IMG/VR virus record: IMGVR_UViG_3300012954_000009
Location: 1 to 64,000 of that record
DNA: 64,000 nt
Origin: a virus
Strand: one strand, 5' to 3'
Shown here: positions 8,305 through 17,821 of the stretch, in pieces
How the letters are laid out: each line of letters starts with the position of its first letter
Numbering within the stretch: the stretch's first letter is position 1
The notes under the pieces: generated by a model
Told to the model about the DNA's origin: nothing
Databases searched by the model: none
The model's input: only the letters and a program-made list of their open reading frames with translations
Position numbers and translations under genes: made by a program

Positions 8305-8883
8305 ATGTGGGAACTTTTTCAGAAAGTTTTGGCTCATGGTATATCACCAAATCAATGCTTTCTACTATTTAGTATACATAACAAAACTACTCCTAGTACA
8401 TACATAAAAGAAGATTATGATGAACTTGTAGAGCAGGGATATATAAAAGATAAAGAGCTCACACCAGATGCTCTTAAGATCATTACCCAATTAGATAATT
8501 ATTTTATTATAAACAAGAAGAAAACTACTAAGCAGTTGCTTGGTAAGTCTGGTACTTTAAATATAAAACAGTACCGTGAAATATTTCCACCTGGTAAATT
8601 ACCATCAGGTGTGCCATCAAGAAACAATGTAAAGATACTTACAGAAAATTTTAGATGGTTCTTTAGTGAATATGATTATACATGGGAAGAAATTATAAAG
8701 GCTACTAAAATGTATGTAAATGAATATAGAGATAATCAATATATGTATATGCAGAATAGTCAGTATTTTGTTTCTAAACAAGATAAGCATAGAGTGAAAA
8801 GATCACAACTAGCAGACTACTGTGATATGATCCGTGATGGAGTTACAGTAGAAGAGAAACACTTTAAAGAAAAAGTTGTATGA
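8305..8883 (+). CDS. Putative replication initiator / helicase loader
   Basis: Directly upstream of DnaB with ATGA overlap; wHTH-like N-terminus and FPPGK...WEEIIKATKMYV...YF C-domain. Confidence 0.55.
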   Translation: MWELFQKVLAHGISPNQCFLLFSIHNKTTPSTYIKEDYDELVEQGYIKDKELTPDALKIITQLDNYFIINKKKTTKQLLGKSGTLNIKQYREIFPPGKLPSGVPSRNNVKILTENFRWFFSEYDYTWEEIIKATKMYVNEYRDNQYMYMQNSQYFVSKQDKHRVKRSQLADYCDMIRDGVTVEEKHFKEKVV

Positions 8884-9833
8884 GTAAAAAACCAGCCTGG
8901 AATGGACAACATGAGTCATTTAATGAGGCACTTAAATATATGTTTCAAAGACAATCCGGTGAGGAGAAGTCTATATATACACCGTGGCCTAAATTTAATG
9001 ATGCAACAACTGATGGGCTAGAATGGAATACACTTACAGTTATAGGTGGTAGACCTGGTTCAGGTAAAACACTTATAAAGGATCAGATTATTAGAGAATC
9101 TTTTATATTGAATCCTGAAGATAAGTTTAGAGTTTTAGAGTTTCAGTTTGAAATGGTTGGTAGAACCTCAGCAATTAGAGAGTTTAGTTCTATAACAGGT
9201 AAGACGTATAAAGAATTATGTTCTGCTGGGAGTGTTGTACACTCTGATGTTTTAAATCAGTGTCATCAATATGCAAAAGAAAGAGTAAAGTATCCGGTTG
9301 ATATTATTGGTACACCAATGACTGTTAACCAGATGCGTGATCAGATAGATATGTATATGAATGAACATAAGGGTATGAAAACTATCATTACTCTAGACCA
9401 CACAATTCTTGTAAAGCGTGCACCTTATCAAAATAATAGATTAGATATGTTATTTGAACTAGGTGAGTTCTTTACACAAGTTAAACGTGAGTATCCAGTT
9501 ATGTTTCTAGCCTTGTCACAACTCAATAGGAATATAGATAATCCTGATAGAGCTGTTGATGGTAAGTATGGTAACTATATTTTAGAGTCAGATATATTTG
9601 GTTCAGATGCAATGCTCCAACATGCTGATACCTTGATAGGTATTAACAGACCGGCAAAGCAAAAGATTAGATTCTATGGGCCAGATAGATATATAATAGC
9701 TGATGATAAGACATTAGTACTACACTTCTTAAAAGCAAGAAATGGTGATACAAGGATGAGTTTTTTCAAAGCTCAGTTTGAGAAGATGGAAATAATAGAA
9801 ATGGAAACTCCTGAAACACAACAAAGAAGATGA
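8880..9833 (+). CDS. dnaB: DnaB-like replicative helicase (C-terminal ATPase domain only)
   Basis: GGRPGSGKT, FEM, LSQLNR, SDIFGSD, KARNG. Confidence 0.93.
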   Translation: MSKKPAWNGQHESFNEALKYMFQRQSGEEKSIYTPWPKFNDATTDGLEWNTLTVIGGRPGSGKTLIKDQIIRESFILNPEDKFRVLEFQFEMVGRTSAIREFSSITGKTYKELCSAGSVVHSDVLNQCHQYAKERVKYPVDIIGTPMTVNQMRDQIDMYMNEHKGMKTIITLDHTILVKRAPYQNNRLDMLFELGEFFTQVKREYPVMFLALSQLNRNIDNPDRAVDGKYGNYILESDIFGSDAMLQHADTLIGINRPAKQKIRFYGPDRYIIADDKTLVLHFLKARNGDTRMSFFKAQFEKMEIIEMETPETQQRR

Positions 9834-10372
9834 TAACAACAAGTACAATAGATAAGAGTATAAATAAAAAATTAAATATGACACCAGCTGAGCGTAAAGC
9901 AAAAATAAATAAGTTAATGGAGGAGCATAAGGAATTCTTTGATAAATTCCCAAAGCGTGCTCTATATATACCAAAGATGGCTTATAGACCACCCGGTAAA
10001 GATGACCTACATGTATCTTTCTTTCCAAGTGAGATGAAAAAAGGTCAAGGTAATACTATATATACAGAGTTTGTAAGTATAGATTATGATGCAGAAGATC
10101 CTAAAAGAACACTATATGCATTTAAAGTACCAAGTAACTGGGTAGATAAGTATGAGCTTGTAACATCTAATTCAGGTTTTGAGAGACATCTTATACCTGT
10201 CAGTGAATTGACAGCTGTTAGTGATGTAACTTCTAAGATTAAAAATCTTGAAGAAAAGATTAAAGATGTACCTGACTATAGTATCCCAAATCCAGAAACG
10301 GAAAGAGATATAGTTGATGTGCTAAAAGGAATAGAAAAAGCATTGTTAAGTATTAATTCAAAATTAAAGTAA
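9830..10372 (+). CDS. Hypothetical protein (start may be 9878)
   Basis: ORF coupled to DnaB and the AAA gene. Confidence 0.75.
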   Translation: MITTSTIDKSINKKLNMTPAERKAKINKLMEEHKEFFDKFPKRALYIPKMAYRPPGKDDLHVSFFPSEMKKGQGNTIYTEFVSIDYDAEDPKRTLYAFKVPSNWVDKYELVTSNSGFERHLIPVSELTAVSDVTSKIKNLEEKIKDVPDYSIPNPETERDIVDVLKGIEKALLSINSKLK

Positions 10373-10375
10373 AAA

Positions 10376-11059
10376 ATGGCACAAAGTGTATTAGTAATTG
10401 CAGACTCCGGTTCAGGTAAGTCTACATCAATTAGGAATTTACTTCCTAAAGAAACATTTATTGTTAATATTGCAAACAAACCATTACCTTTCAAAGGATG
10501 GAAGAGTAAGTATACTCAGATATCTAAAGATAATCCTAAAGGTAATATGACTTCAGCATCTAGTGCTGCAGGAATTGTTAAAGCAATGAAGCATGTAAAT
10601 GATAATATGCCACACGTAACTAACTTAGTTATAGATGACTGGCAGTATATGAGTTCATTTGAATATTTTGATAGAGCAAATGAAAAAGGATATGATAAGT
10701 TCACTCAAATAGCTTCTAACCTGGCACAGGTTGCAAAGATGCCAAAAGATTTGAGGGATGATTTATATGTATTTTTCTTAACTCATTCAGAAGAATCAAC
10801 TGATATCAACGGTAACCGTAGGGTTAAAGCAAAGACTATAGGTAAAATGATAGACAATGCATTAACACTAGAAGGTTTATTTTCAATTGTATTATTTGGT
10901 AAAGTAAAGAAGACTGAAGATGATACACTAGAGTATGTATTTGAAACCAAAAATAATGGTGAGAATACATGCAAATCACCAATGGGTATGTTTGAAGATG
11001 ATAACATTCCTAATGATCTTAGCTATGTAAGAGATTGTATAGTTAAATATGAAGAGTAA
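10376..11059 (+). CDS. AAA_24 / Sak4-like ATPase
   Basis: ADSGSGKST Walker A, LVIDD, LTHSE, KTIGKMID, CKSPMGMF. Confidence 0.88.
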   Translation: MAQSVLVIADSGSGKSTSIRNLLPKETFIVNIANKPLPFKGWKSKYTQISKDNPKGNMTSASSAAGIVKAMKHVNDNMPHVTNLVIDDWQYMSSFEYFDRANEKGYDKFTQIASNLAQVAKMPKDLRDDLYVFFLTHSEESTDINGNRRVKAKTIGKMIDNALTLEGLFSIVLFGKVKKTEDDTLEYVFETKNNGENTCKSPMGMFEDDNIPNDLSYVRDCIVKYEE

Positions 11060-11091
11060 ATTAATTAATAATCATTTAAAAAAAGAAAAGT

Positions 11092-11760
11092 ATGTTAAGT
11101 ACAAAAGACATGTCAGCCGGATCAGGTAAGGCAAAACCAGTAATTGGAGTTGGTAATCAAGTAATTAGAATTAATTCTATTAGTTTTGATGTTACTCCTT
11201 ATGACAGTGAAGCACATAATATTGTGTTACACGTAGAAAGTGAGCCTGTTAAAGGTGAGTTTCAAGGTTTCTTGAAAGATGTAAATAAACCAGATGGCCC
11301 AAGATATGAAGGGCAGGTAGGTAGAATTAGATTTTCTCCTTACCCTTATAAAGATGCTACTTTACCTTCAGGTAGAGAGATTCAAAAAGATACTGAAGTA
11401 TTAAAAGCTATGGTATATCTAAGTGAAGTTCTTAATAAAAGGAAAGAGCTAGATATGATTGAGGCTCAGACTATTGAAGATTTTATGGTTTCATGTAATG
11501 AGTTATTTAGTAACAGTGGATTCTTCAATGCATGTGTAGGCGGTAGAGAATGGGAAAATAAAGAAGGTTATGTTAACTATGATCTATATTTACCAAGGAT
11601 GTCTAAAGATGGTATCCCTCTAGAAGCTTTAAATGCTGAGAGCTCTAGACTATTAGAGTTTAATAAGAAAGATCATGTTAGAGAGCTTCAGAAGAAGCAA
11701 GAGTCAAATCAAACTTTTGAACCTGTTAATGCAAGTGCAGGAGATGATTTTGATCTCTAA
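11092..11760 (+). CDS. Putative single-stranded DNA-binding protein
   Basis: Follows the Sak4-like gene; beta-rich; acidic tip GDDFDL. Confidence 0.6.
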   Translation: MLSTKDMSAGSGKAKPVIGVGNQVIRINSISFDVTPYDSEAHNIVLHVESEPVKGEFQGFLKDVNKPDGPRYEGQVGRIRFSPYPYKDATLPSGREIQKDTEVLKAMVYLSEVLNKRKELDMIEAQTIEDFMVSCNELFSNSGFFNACVGGREWENKEGYVNYDLYLPRMSKDGIPLEALNAESSRLLEFNKKDHVRELQKKQESNQTFEPVNASAGDDFDL

Positions 11761-11768
11761 TATAAACT

Positions 11769-11889
11769 AGTAGATTGGGGAGCTGCAACAGGGTGTTAGA
11801 CCAGACGTGGCAACGAGTGCATAAGGATGTCAAATTACAATAGCTATTGTGCGCAATAGTGTGACCAGGGCTCCAGCTCCCAAACTACT
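11769..11889 (+). ncRNA. Candidate multi-stem structured RNA
   Basis: AGTAGATTGGGGAGCTG pairs with CAGCTCCCAAACTACT; inner GACGT/ATGTC and GCTATTG-TGCG-CAATAGT; visibly GC-rich relative to flanks. Confidence 0.65.
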
Positions 11890-11893
11890 TTAA

Positions 11894-12901
11894 ATGTACA
11901 ATATGATAAATACTAAAAAACTTGTAGTAAATATATCAGATGTACCAAGCTATTGGGTTTTCCAATACTATTTAAATCTTAGTGAGAAGTTAACTGGACA
12001 GGATGTAAAGATTAAATCAATCTTTAATCCATCAGAAAGAACACCAAGCATGTGTTTATATGTAGATAAGGCCGCTAATATAGATGGCTCAAAAGCAAAA
12101 CAATATGTCTACAAGGATTTCTCAACAGGTAAATATGGTAATAAGATACATTTAGTTATGTATCTTTTTGATATACAGTTTGCTTATGCTGTGGATAAAA
12201 TAGTGAATGATTACAATAAATTTATACAGAGTGAAAGCTTTGAAGATATTGTATTAAAACCACAAGCACGGTGGAAAGTAGATTATATAAAGAAAAGACA
12301 ATGGACAAAAGCTGATGCAAACTTTTGGTTACCCTTCAATATAGGTGTTAGTATGCTAACATATTATAATGTCTATCCAATAGAATATTATAATTTAATT
12401 CTTGAGGAGGATGGTAATTCAAAGAGTAGTAAAATAAGCGGTCCAGGTATTTATGGATACTTTGATAAAGATGATAATGTATATAAGATTTATAAACCTT
12501 ATAGTAAAAAGCATAAATTCTTCAAAGTTAAACCTCATCTGCAGGGATTAGATCAACTAAAGTATAACCAACCGTATCTAGTTATATGCTCATCTTTAAA
12601 AGATGCTATGTGTATAAAGAGTATGGGTTATAATATAGAAGTTCTTGCACCTGATAGTGAGAATACTGTTATTAAACCTTATGTGCTTGAGAATTTAAAG
12701 ACAAAGTATAAGAAGATAATTACTTTGTTTGATAATGATGAAGCAGGTAAAGCAGCAGTAGATAAATACAATAAGTTATATAACATAACAGGGATAGTAT
12801 CCCCTTTATGTAAGGATATATCAGATGCTATGAAAGAACATGGCTTTGACATCCTTCATAAAGGACTTAAACCTTTACTAAAAAATGTAATAAATGGCTA
12901 A
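11894..12901 (+). CDS. DNA primase, crAss-like DnaG/TOPRIM
   Basis: ERTPSM..YKDFSTG N-domain; SSLKDAM, FDNDEAG, KDISD. Confidence 0.9.
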   Translation: MYNMINTKKLVVNISDVPSYWVFQYYLNLSEKLTGQDVKIKSIFNPSERTPSMCLYVDKAANIDGSKAKQYVYKDFSTGKYGNKIHLVMYLFDIQFAYAVDKIVNDYNKFIQSESFEDIVLKPQARWKVDYIKKRQWTKADANFWLPFNIGVSMLTYYNVYPIEYYNLILEEDGNSKSSKISGPGIYGYFDKDDNVYKIYKPYSKKHKFFKVKPHLQGLDQLKYNQPYLVICSSLKDAMCIKSMGYNIEVLAPDSENTVIKPYVLENLKTKYKKIITLFDNDEAGKAAVDKYNKLYNITGIVSPLCKDISDAMKEHGFDILHKGLKPLLKNVING

Positions 12902-13313
12902 AAGAAAATGGTTCATACCTTTTAATGTGCCTAGCAGTAAGAACGGTAGACGGTGGACTGGTAAGTATTTTATATCTAGTAAGACAGTAATGACTTATAG
13001 AAAGAATACAAAGTCTATTTATGCTAAGTATGCAAAGGCATTTAGAAAAGAGTTTGATAAATATGAAACACCGGTCAAGATTGGCTTTACTTTTATTAGA
13101 GGTACAAGACATAAGTTTGACTACATAAATCCAGCACAGACTGTACAAGATGATATGGTTAAGAATGGTTGGATAGAAGATGATAACGCTGAGTTTATAA
13201 TACCTGTTTTTGAGCGTTATACATATGATAAAAATAAACCGGGTGTAATTATTGAAATTATTAAAGATGGAAATAAAAGACATGAAGATCCTAGCAATAG
13301 CAAATCAGTTTAG
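12894..13313 (+). CDS. RusA-like Holliday junction resolvase
   Basis: VPSSKN...FDYINPAQTVQDDMVKNGWIEDDN. Confidence 0.85.
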   Translation: MAKRKWFIPFNVPSSKNGRRWTGKYFISSKTVMTYRKNTKSIYAKYAKAFRKEFDKYETPVKIGFTFIRGTRHKFDYINPAQTVQDDMVKNGWIEDDNAEFIIPVFERYTYDKNKPGVIIEIIKDGNKRHEDPSNSKSV

Positions 13314-13638
13314 AGATGCAGGTGCTACATGGTTAAGAGTAGAATTTGATGGTAGTGGAGATGATGGTGATATAGGTGATATTATTATGACTGCGGATAA
13401 AGAAGATTGGAATGCAGAGATACCTGGTAATCCTTTAGATTCACAGGCTGATAATATTCTCAGAGACTTTCTTTACTATAAAGTTAGTGATGGTGTTGGG
13501 ATGCACGGTGATTGGATAAATAATCAAGGTGGGTATGGTACTCTTTGGTGGGACTTATCAAGTAATAAATTCAGTATTGAATATTATCAAAGAACTACTG
13601 AAGACATTGAGATACCTGAGAAACCAATGTTTGCCTAA
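13267..13638 (+). CDS. Acidic protein, DUF6878-like
   Basis: EFDGSGDDGDI...DWINNQGGYG motifs; ATG 13267. Confidence 0.7.
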   Translation: MEIKDMKILAIANQFRDAGATWLRVEFDGSGDDGDIGDIIMTADKEDWNAEIPGNPLDSQADNILRDFLYYKVSDGVGMHGDWINNQGGYGTLWWDLSSNKFSIEYYQRTTEDIEIPEKPMFA

Positions 13639-13985
13639 TGGCTCATCCAAACATTCATTCAAAAAGTTCTGTAAGAAAATGGGGTGGTGTTTTAGAAGAT
13701 TATCAAAAGATACATGAGTGGTTTGATGAAACTAAGCAGTGGCTTGGTCACTCAAATCATAGATTGTGGAGGCATCACTCAGAAGGAATATTTGAATGTG
13801 AAAGAATATTCGGTAAGAGTTTTACCAATTCAGATGGTAGAACAGTATACACAAGATATGTTGGTGAGCAACATGTAAAAGAAGATTGTAATAACTATAT
13901 ACCCTCAGCAAAGGAATGGATATTACATATAACAAATAAAAGTAGACCATTATGGATGCAAAAATCAGCAAAGATTCAAGATTAA
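13638..13985 (+). CDS. His-rich protein, DUF6915-like
   Basis: MAHPNIHSKSSVRKWGG..IHEWFD..HRLWRHHSEGIF..EQHVKED..IPS. Confidence 0.8.
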   Translation: MAHPNIHSKSSVRKWGGVLEDYQKIHEWFDETKQWLGHSNHRLWRHHSEGIFECERIFGKSFTNSDGRTVYTRYVGEQHVKEDCNNYIPSAKEWILHITNKSRPLWMQKSAKIQD

Positions 13986-14359
13986 AATCAAGATTAAATA
14001 ATAAAGATTTCCATGCTTTGGCAACTATGATCAGATCACAGGAAGATGATTTAACAGTAGCTGTATCTAATATTAAAAATCTTAAATACAGTTTCTTGGA
14101 TATAAAGCTATTGTGTAAAACAATAGCAGGTACTAAAAGATTAGTTATGAGAAATGCCTTAGCAGAGGCAGGATACCCTGACTTTTTTCAAGATGAAGAT
14201 TTAAAATTTAAGAACCTTCATACAGAAATAAAAATGGAAGGAACTAAAGAGCAACAGTCAATATTTGAATTTTTAGTAAATAAGAATATTCAAATTAGCT
14301 ATAGCCAAATAGAAAGCTTTTCTTTTATAGATAATATAAAAACTAAGATAAGATGGTAG
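13952..14359 (+). CDS. Hypothetical helical protein sharing a motif with 16784..17821 and 17818..18981
   Basis: LNNKDFHALATMIRSQEDDLTVAVSNI. Confidence 0.7.
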   Translation: MDAKISKDSRLKSRLNNKDFHALATMIRSQEDDLTVAVSNIKNLKYSFLDIKLLCKTIAGTKRLVMRNALAEAGYPDFFQDEDLKFKNLHTEIKMEGTKEQQSIFEFLVNKNIQISYSQIESFSFIDNIKTKIRW

Positions 14360-15513
14360 ATGTACAAAACCAGGTAGCTAAAGCTGCCAAAACTTTAATA
14401 TTTGAGGAGCCCTTTTACGGGCTCTTTTTAGTAGGTCTTAATAAGACATATAGAAAAGATATACCTACTGCAGGTGTATCTAAGAATGGTATTGGAGTAC
14501 AGCTAAGTGTGAACCCTGAATACTTTACTGGACTTACAGTAGAGCAAAGGATAGGTTTATTGAAACATGAGTTGTTACACATATCATTTGGACATTTAAT
14601 AAGCAGGGATTTGTATTCAGATAAAAAGCTATTTAATGTAGCGGCAGATCTAGAAATAAATCAATACATAGATGCTAATGCATTACCTCCTGGAGGTTTA
14701 GTATTAGATATGTTTCCTGAATTAAATCTTCCAAAGAAAGTAGGTACTGATAAATACTATGAGCTATTAGAACAAGCTCAGCAGGATGGTACTTGCCCTT
14801 CACTTGATGATCTTATGGATAGGATGGATGGTTCTTCTCAATATGATCATATGACCTGGGATGAGTTCAATGAATTACCAGAAGCTGAAAAGAAACTGAT
14901 ACAAAAGCAAATTGAGCATCAGCTAAAAGAAACAGCAGAGCAGACTGAGAAGAGGCGTGGTAATATACCCGGTGAGCTTGCTGATTTAATTAGAAAGCTA
15001 AGGTATGTTGAACCTCCTAAGTTTGATTGGAAAGGATATCTTAAAAGATTTATAGGTAATTCTACTGTTGTATATACTAAGAAGCTTAGGCGTAAGTATA
15101 ACAAGAGATACGTAGAGAACCCTGGTCTTAAGATAAAGTTCAAAAATAATATCTGTGTTGGTGTAGATACATCAGGTTCAGTATCTAATGATGAACTAAG
15201 AGAATTTATGGGTGAATTAGTACATATGCATAAGACTGGTCATAAGATCACTGTTGTGCAGTGTGATACACAAATAAATTCTGTAGAAGAATTCAATCCA
15301 AAAAAAGATTGGGAAATAAAAGGTAGAGGTGGTACATCATTTCAACCAGTTATAGATCATTATAATCAGAATGGGCGTTATACAGCTCTTATATACTTAA
15401 CAGATGGTGAAGCTTATGCTCCAGAGAACTGTCCACATAATACTTTGTGGGTACACAGTAGTCGCTGTAACATAAATGAAGATTTACCAGGTAAAAAAAT
15501 ACAATTAAATTAA
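14353..15513 (+). CDS. Metallopeptidase (HExxH) plus vWA domain protein (DUF2201-like)
   Basis: HELLH, NVAADLEIN; MIDAS DTSGS, GGTSF, LTDG. Confidence 0.92.
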   Translation: MVDVQNQVAKAAKTLIFEEPFYGLFLVGLNKTYRKDIPTAGVSKNGIGVQLSVNPEYFTGLTVEQRIGLLKHELLHISFGHLISRDLYSDKKLFNVAADLEINQYIDANALPPGGLVLDMFPELNLPKKVGTDKYYELLEQAQQDGTCPSLDDLMDRMDGSSQYDHMTWDEFNELPEAEKKLIQKQIEHQLKETAEQTEKRRGNIPGELADLIRKLRYVEPPKFDWKGYLKRFIGNSTVVYTKKLRRKYNKRYVENPGLKIKFKNNICVGVDTSGSVSNDELREFMGELVHMHKTGHKITVVQCDTQINSVEEFNPKKDWEIKGRGGTSFQPVIDHYNQNGRYTALIYLTDGEAYAPENCPHNTLWVHSSRCNINEDLPGKKIQLN

Positions 15514-15518
15514 ATAAA

Positions 15519-16784
15519 ATGGCAGAAGTACAATTAAACATTGATGAGCTAAAAGGATTTGTAAACCACATAATCCAGAATAATAGATTCCTTCAAAAGC
15601 AAGGAAAGAACCCAGTATCTACAGAAGTTGTAGGTGAATCAGGGATTGGTAAAACATCTACTATTATTGAGCTAGCTAAAGATAACAATCTAAATTTTGT
15701 TAAGCTTAATCTAGCACAGATAGAGGAGTTAGGTGACCTAGTTGGTTTTCCTGTACGTCAGTTTCAGATGTATAAAGAAAAAAAGGTACAACCTAAACAA
15801 ATAGATGACTTATCATATACAGCAGCCCAAAGAGCTGCAGCTGCTGCACAAGTTGGTAATGCAGCTGTTACTAAAAAAGTTGGCCAATGGGTTGATGAGC
15901 TTGCAGTGGAAGAATATATGAGACAAGGTTGGAAGGTTACCGGTAAGAATAGAATGTCTTACTGTGCACCAGAGTGGATTGCAGATAAAAAAGAAGGAGG
16001 TATATTGCTTCTTGATGACTGGAACCGTGCAGATGTAAGATTTATACAGGCTGTGATGGAATTAGTTGACAGACAAACTTATATCTCTTGGTCCCTTCCA
16101 CAGGATTGGCATATTATATTAACGGCTAACCCGGATAATGGGGACTATATGGTAAACTCTGTTGATGCTGCACAAAAGACCAGATATATTACAGCAAACC
16201 TAAAGTTTGATGTAGAAGTATGGGCTCGTTGGGCAGAAGAGGCAGGAATAGATACAAGATGTATTAACTTTATGCTATTACATCCTGAACTTGTAACTCA
16301 AGAAACAAATGCTAGATCAATTACTACATTCTTCAATGCAATATCTAGCTTTGAAGACTTTGAAAAAAGTTTATCTATGATACAACTTATTGGTGAAGGA
16401 TCAGTAGGTGATGAGTTTGCATCTATGTTTACCACATTTATTAATAATAAACTAGATAAGTTAGTTACACCTAAAGATCTATTGACTCATGATAATGAGC
16501 AGTATATCCTTGGTGAGTTGACCTCATGTGTTGGAAAAGGAGATGCATATCGTGCAGACATTGCTTCAACACTTGCAACAAGACTTGCTAACTTCTCTGT
16601 TGTGTATTCTAAGGAGAATACAATTTCTCAGAAAATAACTGAGAGACTAGAGACACTGTGTACTAAAGATTATTTTACTAATGATCTTAAGTATTTAGTT
16701 GTCAGAACTATATTCAATGGTAACAAGAGTAAGTTTAATAAACTTATGATGAAGCCGGAGATTATTAAAATGACTATGAAATAA
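15519..16784 (+). CDS. MoxR-like AAA+ ATPase
   Basis: GESGIGKT, GDLVGFP, LLLDDWNRA, TANP; adjacent to the vWA gene. Confidence 0.9.
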   Translation: MAEVQLNIDELKGFVNHIIQNNRFLQKQGKNPVSTEVVGESGIGKTSTIIELAKDNNLNFVKLNLAQIEELGDLVGFPVRQFQMYKEKKVQPKQIDDLSYTAAQRAAAAAQVGNAAVTKKVGQWVDELAVEEYMRQGWKVTGKNRMSYCAPEWIADKKEGGILLLDDWNRADVRFIQAVMELVDRQTYISWSLPQDWHIILTANPDNGDYMVNSVDAAQKTRYITANLKFDVEVWARWAEEAGIDTRCINFMLLHPELVTQETNARSITTFFNAISSFEDFEKSLSMIQLIGEGSVGDEFASMFTTFINNKLDKLVTPKDLLTHDNEQYILGELTSCVGKGDAYRADIASTLATRLANFSVVYSKENTISQKITERLETLCTKDYFTNDLKYLVVRTIFNGNKSKFNKLMMKPEIIKMTMK

Positions 16785-17821
16785 TGAGTAAAAAAGCGGT
16801 ACATCAAAAATTTAATAATGATGCACTGAAACACTTTGGTTTGATTGATGAGCCCTTCTATGGGCTCGTCACATCACACCAGGTTGATGAGGTGCTTATA
16901 ACACAAGATGAAAGTACATTTGAGAAGATTAGAAATATTATTACTAAATCTTCATATAACTTTACTAATACACCAGCTCCTGGAGTATTAAAAGGAATGA
17001 AGCGTGCATTTGTTTTACCAAGATGTGGGGTATCATTAGATAGAGTTAAGGCTGCATGTAAAGAGCATTCAATAACAGTCACTAATGATTATACAAAAGC
17101 AGACTTTATAATATCACATAATGATATATATGATAGATTTGAGAATGGTGAAAGAATCAAGACAACATCTATGATGTTTAGGCTTTGGAACTATGAAGCA
17201 TATGATCAGGTTGGTCTTAGTTATGTTGATAGTTTTGTGCATCCTGTTATATGGGATGAGAAGCTTATTGATAAAGGTATACAGAGTTATAATCTTGATG
17301 ATGGAGATTCTTTATATGATGAATGGGCTATAAGCGGTCTAGCTATGAACTTAGCTTATCTAGTAGACACTGGTGAGCTTACTGTTATAGATGTTAATGA
17401 TGTACTAAGTGCATCTGCTAATATTACAGAGTTAACACCTGAGCTTATAAATGATATGAGTAAATGGTTAGACTCCTATGATGATGATAACATTGCTGTA
17501 GCAGGAAAGATACTTCCTACAATTGATTATACAAAGAAGAAACATCTTGTGTGGGAGTTAGCTCAAAGTCTATATCATAAGAGTCATAAGTTTAGTAGAG
17601 ACAAAGATGTCAATTATTGGATAGAACAATCCCGTATAGAAGAGTTCTACCATATGACTGCTCAAGATATGATACTTCATCTTGAAAAAGTGGAAGAGCT
17701 AAGTAAAGAGAGCTTTAGATATTTAGAACCTATTGTCAGAAAAGAAATTAGAATTGATAATAGAGACTTATATGTATTTAAAGTAAGTGTTAAAAAAGAA
17801 TATAAAAAATATTTACAATGA
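16784..17821 (+). CDS. Hypothetical protein with BRCT-like segment
   Basis: AFVLPRCGVSLDRVKAACKEHSITVTNDYTKADFII. Confidence 0.6.
   Translation: MSKKAVHQKFNNDALKHFGLIDEPFYGLVTSHQVDEVLITQDESTFEKIRNIITKSSYNFTNTPAPGVLKGMKRAFVLPRCGVSLDRVKAACKEHSITVTNDYTKADFIISHNDIYDRFENGERIKTTSMMFRLWNYEAYDQVGLSYVDSFVHPVIWDEKLIDKGIQSYNLDDGDSLYDEWAISGLAMNLAYLVDTGELTVIDVNDVLSASANITELTPELINDMSKWLDSYDDDNIAVAGKILPTIDYTKKKHLVWELAQSLYHKSHKFSRDKDVNYWIEQSRIEEFYHMTAQDMILHLEKVEELSKESFRYLEPIVRKEIRIDNRDLYVFKVSVKKEYKKYLQ

Noticed and set aside
11780-11830. GGCAAC..GTGC resembling the SAM-I/IV core; GGGGAGCTG/CAGCTCC ends resembling tmRNA
   Set aside because: Only 2 nt separate GCAAC and GTGC and there is no AUC/GAU P1; too short for tmRNA, with no T-arm or tag ORF
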